In this document: in pieces, positions 37,498 to 40,589 of the stretch
How the letters are laid out: every line of letters starts with the position of its first letter
Position numbering within the stretch: the stretch's first letter is position 1
DNA from: an uncultured Chloroflexota bacterium
Lineage (GTDB): Bacteria > Chloroflexota > Anaerolineae > Anaerolineales > Villigracilaceae
Direction: 5' to 3'
Assembly: GCA_903837815.1 (NCBI GenBank)
Contig: CAILWD010000022.1
Coordinates: forward strand, 1 to 40,589
DNA: 40,589 bases
The notes under the pieces: model-generated
What the model was told of the DNA's origin: nothing
The model's input: only the letters and a program-made list of their open reading frames with translations
Database searches by the model: none
Position numbers and translations under genes: made by a program

Positions 37498-39906
37498 TTA
37501 TTCGTACGCCAGCACTTCGCGGACGGTGAGACGCGAGGCGGTGCGGGCGGGGATAAAACTGGCAACCACACTCAGCAGAATCACAATCACCAGCCACAAC
37601 CAAAGCCCTGGCATGGAATAGGAGTAGGTCAACGGGACGCCCATGACGGCTTGACCAAGCGCCTGATTAAGTCCCTGACTCATGGGGATGGCTACCGCCG
37701 CGCCCATCGCCCAACTCATCAAGCCGATGACCACGCCTTCGAGGATGAAGACCGAAGCCACGCCGCGATTGGGCGCTCCGATGGCGCGCAGGACGCCGAT
37801 CTCGCGGGTGCGTTCCAGCACGTTGATGCTCATCGTCCCCATCAAGCCCAAGCCACCGACCAAAGCCAGCAGGATCGCCATCACCAGCAGCAGGGCGACA
37901 ATCGCGTCGAAGGAAGCCCCCGCTTCGGTGCGTTCGTTGTTGATGGTGGTCACCATGCTAACCCGCACACCAATCCGCTCGAAATAATCCTCCAATGCGC
38001 GGGTGGCGGCATCCACATAAACAGGGTCGTGACGTTCCATCTTGACCATCAGCGCATCCGCTTCGCCGACGCGGTTGGTGATTTGCGTGACGTAATCATA
38101 GTTTGTGTAAACGAGCGGCAGAAATGCCATGCCCACGTATGTCCCCACGATTTTGAAGGTATGTTCCTTTCCGTCGATCTTCAACACCATGTAGCCGCCA
38201 AGATGAAGTTCAGGCTCATCCTGCAAAAAGGCGGACGGGACAACCACCGCATTGTCGTCGCCAGGCATGAGCCATCTACCCTCCGCAATGGTCGGAGAGA
38301 CGATCAAACTTTCGGCGTGGACGGTGGGTGAAAACATGTAGATCATGCCGCTCTCGCTGTCGTCGCCGCGGACAAGCCTCGTGGGCAGTTGAATCCAGAC
38401 GTCGGTTTGGGTCACGCCTGGAACGTTCATCGCCTCGAGCTGGACCTTATCCGCGCGATAGGTACGGTCGAGGGTCAACATCATGTCGCAGTTGAACCAC
38501 TTGATCATATCCTCGACGGTACTCGAGAGCGAAGCGCGGACGTTGAACACGCTGATGAAGGTCGCCGAACCAAGCGTGAGCGTGATCAGGGTCAAGGTCA
38601 GCCTGCCCTTGTTGCGAAAGGTGTTCCGCACCGACAGCAGAATCGAGCGGATGGAAAGCTTCCGCATGAACCACAAGTTCGCGCCCGAAAGCAATCGGTC
38701 GATCCAATTCCCGCCGAAGCGCCCCCTGCCCATCGTATAACTGCTCATTGCTTCCGCCGCGCTGATTCGCAGGCTGGAAATGAACGGGACAAGGGAAGCC
38801 AGCACAGGCAGGATCAAGCCGACGGCAATTTGAATCAGAAAGGTTTGCGGCGGGACGTCCATCGAGTAAATATCGAAGTTGAAAAATACAGCCAGGACGG
38901 AGCTGAGTTCGCGCGCACCGTACGCTCCAAATGGGATGGCGAGCAGCAACGCCATCACACCGTAAGCCAGCACCATCACGAGGTACATCCCCAGAATCTG
39001 AAGCGTGCCGCCGCCAACGGCTTTCATCACGCCGATCTGCCGTTTTTGCTGAGTGAGCAAGGCGGACACGGTATTGACTACAAGGAAGATGCTCAAGAAT
39101 AGAGACAACACGCCAAGCAATCCCATCAATAGCAGGATGCCTTGCAAAACGTCGTCCATCGGGAGTTGACCTGGCTCCGCGGTCATGCTCAACGGGATGG
39201 TGTAACCCGACTTCTCGGCTTTGTCTTTGACGCGGTTGACGACCTGCTGCGCCCAGTCCTTGTCTTCGGGGTGGGTTGCAATCATATGCAGTTCGTTGAA
39301 ACCATACGGCTCGCCGAACCATTTCAAGGTGTCGAAGGTGATGTAGCCGTAGGGCGTGCCGTCAAGTTGCGCGGGAAGTTGCGCTGGGTCATACGCCGAC
39401 CCCGCAATGCGTACCCTGCGCTCGACGTCGTTCGGGAACCTGACCAGCAGGACGTCGCCAACCTGCGAGTCGATCACAGACAGCGCGGCGCGCTCGATCA
39501 AAATTTCGCGTTCGGGCGGGGGCCAGGCTCCGCTTTGGGATGTAACCTTGTTGACGCGGATGTCGTCATAATCAGCGACGACGAAGATCGTGATATTTTT
39601 CCACTCTCCTGATGCGGTCTGCACGCGGGCAGAGATATTCCGCCGCGCGTCCACTTCCTGTACATCCTCCATCTTGCGGATGGATTGAATGAAATCTTCG
39701 TCGAATAGTTCGGTCGTCCGCACCGTTCCGCTGGATGGGTTGATTGCCGCGAAACTTTCCGCCAGCCCGTCGGACAGGATCGTACGGGCGCTGAGAATGA
39801 TTCCCAACGCGAACAGTCCGACAGACATCGACAACACGATCAAGAGCGTGCGCGTCTTGTTGCCGAACAGATCATTGATAACCTTGTACCAGCGTGCCCT
39901 AAGCAT
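37498..39906 (-). CDS. ABC transporter permease, FtsX/MacB-like with two permease repeats
   Basis: QIGVMKAVG and ERTREIGVLRAIGA repeats, ends VREVLAYE; start set at MLRARW after GGAG. Confidence 0.9.
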   Translation of the reverse strand: MLRARWYKVINDLFGNKTRTLLIVLSMSVGLFALGIILSARTILSDGLAESFAAINPSSGTVRTTELFDEDFIQSIRKMEDVQEVDARRNISARVQTASGEWKNITIFVVADYDDIRVNKVTSQSGAWPPPEREILIERAALSVIDSQVGDVLLVRFPNDVERRVRIAGSAYDPAQLPAQLDGTPYGYITFDTLKWFGEPYGFNELHMIATHPEDKDWAQQVVNRVKDKAEKSGYTIPLSMTAEPGQLPMDDVLQGILLLMGLLGVLSLFLSIFLVVNTVSALLTQQKRQIGVMKAVGGGTLQILGMYLVMVLAYGVMALLLAIPFGAYGARELSSVLAVFFNFDIYSMDVPPQTFLIQIAVGLILPVLASLVPFISSLRISAAEAMSSYTMGRGRFGGNWIDRLLSGANLWFMRKLSIRSILLSVRNTFRNKGRLTLTLITLTLGSATFISVFNVRASLSSTVEDMIKWFNCDMMLTLDRTYRADKVQLEAMNVPGVTQTDVWIQLPTRLVRGDDSESGMIYMFSPTVHAESLIVSPTIAEGRWLMPGDDNAVVVPSAFLQDEPELHLGGYMVLKIDGKEHTFKIVGTYVGMAFLPLVYTNYDYVTQITNRVGEADALMVKMERHDPVYVDAATRALEDYFERIGVRVSMVTTINNERTEAGASFDAIVALLLVMAILLALVGGLGLMGTMSINVLERTREIGVLRAIGAPNRGVASVFILEGVVIGLMSWAMGAAVAIPMSQGLNQALGQAVMGVPLTYSYSMPGLWLWLVIVILLSVVASFIPARTASRLTVREVLAYE

Positions 39907-39927
39907 TGAACGAATCTCCATCATCTG

Positions 39928-39988
39928 AACCACTGAGGCGCGGAGGCACGGAGTTTTTTAATCTCTGTGTCTCTGAGTCTCCGTGGTT
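39928..39988. repeat. Long hairpin built from octamer-like units
   Basis: AACCACTGAGGCGCGGAGGCACGGAG / CTCTGTGTCTCTGAGTCTCCGTGGTT; 26-nt arms, 20 Watson-Crick + 4 G:U pairs on the + strand. Confidence 0.75.
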
Positions 39989-40008
39989 TGTTCTTCCGTT
40001 TGCAGTCA

Positions 40009-40589
40009 TCATTTCACAATCACGCCATCGGACAGGGTGATCGTTCGCGAGCCGCGTTTGGCGATGTCCTTGTCGTGCGTGACGAGAAAGATGGTCTTGC
40101 CTTCCCGAACCAGTCCCGCGAAGATTTCAACCACCGCGTTGGCAGTTGCCGAATCCAGACTGCCAGTTGGTTCATCCGCGACGAGGATGGCTGGGTCATT
40201 CGCCATGGCGCGGGCAATCGACAGACGCTGTTGTTGTCCGCCTGAGAGTGCAGTCGGAAGTTTCTTCGCGTGATCGGCGATGTCCACTTGTTCGAGCAGA
40301 CTCATCGCCCGCTTGCGCTGTTCCCAGCGGGAATAACGCCAAGTGAAATCCATCGGCAGCATCACGTTTTGTAGGACGGTCAAGGTCGGCAGGAGTTCGA
40401 AGGATTGAAAGACAACGCCCATTGTTTTGGCTCGCAATTTGGCGGCTTTTTCGGGACCGAACTGGTGCAGGGGTTCGCCGTCCACCCAAATCTCACCCGA
40501 AGTGGAGCGATCCAACCCAGTGAGCATGTTGACCAGCGTGGTCTTGCCGCTGCCTGATTTTCCCGTAACGACCAGAAACTCGCCCTGAA
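40009..40589 (-). CDS. ABC transporter ATP-binding protein (LolD/MacB-like), 5'-truncated by window edge
   Basis: Walker A GKSGSGKTT upstream of the listed ATG, LSGGQQQR, VADEPTG, VTHD. Confidence 0.93.
   Translation of the reverse strand, partial: QGEFLVVTGKSGSGKTTLVNMLTGLDRSTSGEIWVDGEPLHQFGPEKAAKLRAKTMGVVFQSFELLPTLTVLQNVMLPMDFTWRYSRWEQRKRAMSLLEQVDIADHAKKLPTALSGGQQQRLSIARAMANDPAILVADEPTGSLDSATANAVVEIFAGLVREGKTIFLVTHDKDIAKRGSRTITLSDGVIVK

Overview
A 40.6 kb chromosomal stretch with about 42 intact or edge-truncated protein genes. I saw no rRNA, tRNA, CRISPR array, transposase or phage gene. Gene content (secretin-less Tad cluster, several GT-C glycosyltransferases, long HPF) suggests a monoderm bacterium, most likely Chloroflexota/Anaerolineae; this is inference, not a database result. 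Left to right: end of a ribose-type sugar locus (binding protein, rbsK, rbsD, FucI-family isomerase); a partner-switching block (receiver protein, decayed STAS remnant, GAF-PP2C-anti-sigma kinase fusion) next to a lower-GC OFA-family MFS gene; a coupled PP2C / RCK-channel-like / small P-loop operon; secD-secF; glycerate kinase; MATE; TlpA-Lgt-like-folB; then a long minus-strand run, in transcription order three GT-C genes, a DegU/DegS-like pair, flp pilin (missing from the ORF track), cpaB, cpaE, cpaF, tadB, tadC, comF, hpf, folE; GNAT and DMT genes; aspA-GNAT-bcp; two paralogous receivers; a TetR/ABC chimeric scar; mscS; and an FtsX/MacB-type ABC transporter. The best candidate for an undescribed system is the DegSU-like-regulated Tad pilus linked to comF (possible Tad-based DNA uptake), with shared upstream motifs and a 12-bp inverted repeat bracketing the pilin gene. 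All family calls come from motifs recognised by eye; no searches were run.
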